Assembly (NCBI RefSeq): GCF_036321535.1
Contig: NC_087436.1
Coordinates: 60,700,001 to 60,764,000, forward strand
Length of the DNA: 64,000 nt
Reading direction: 5' to 3'
Source: Camelus dromedarius
Taxonomy: Eukaryota
Positions within the stretch are counted from its first letter, which is position 1. Each line of letters opens with the position of its first letter. Below, piece after piece: positions 63,955 through 64,000 of the stretch. A program made the position numbers and the translations under genes. The notes below the pieces were generated by a model. The model had not been told where the DNA came from and searched no databases. It was given only the letters and a program-made list of their open reading frames with translations.

Positions 63955-64000
63955 TTGTAAAGAAATTGAAATTCTTGTACACTGTTGGTGGGAATATAAA
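63955..64000 (+). mobile_element. Start of another L1 3' fragment; runs off window end
   Basis: gaaattcttgtacactgttggtgggaatataaa. Confidence 0.65.

Overview
AT-rich, CpG-depleted mammalian (eutherian) genomic DNA dominated by fossil transposable elements: L1, L2, MIR, MaLR/ERVL/ERV1 LTRs and one hAT MITE. I found no protein-coding gene, RNA gene, CRISPR array or processed pseudogene that I can support. The supplied ORFs are chance ORFs or decayed retroelement ORFs (L1 ORF2 C-termini, a MaLR internal ORF). The youngest L1 3' ends look cetartiodactyl and most like camelid L1, and I saw no Alu, B1/B2, Bov-tA/BovB, PRE1 or CAN SINE, so a camelid origin is plausible but inferred. Nearly all L1s and most LTRs lie on the + strand, which suggests a long intron of a gene transcribed on the - strand. 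Best-supported details: a young 5'-truncated L1 with a perfect 19-bp TSD (55497-56228), a twin-primed 5'-inverted L1 (49498-50112), two solo LTRs with perfect 5-bp TSDs, a palindromic filler at an L1 deletion junction, and an old LTR whose primer-binding position carries a (TGG)10 expansion. There are also a few weak candidate exons and regulatory patches. I did not find a convincing novel biological system. Repeat family names come from recalled consensus similarity, and the boundaries of old repeats are approximate.
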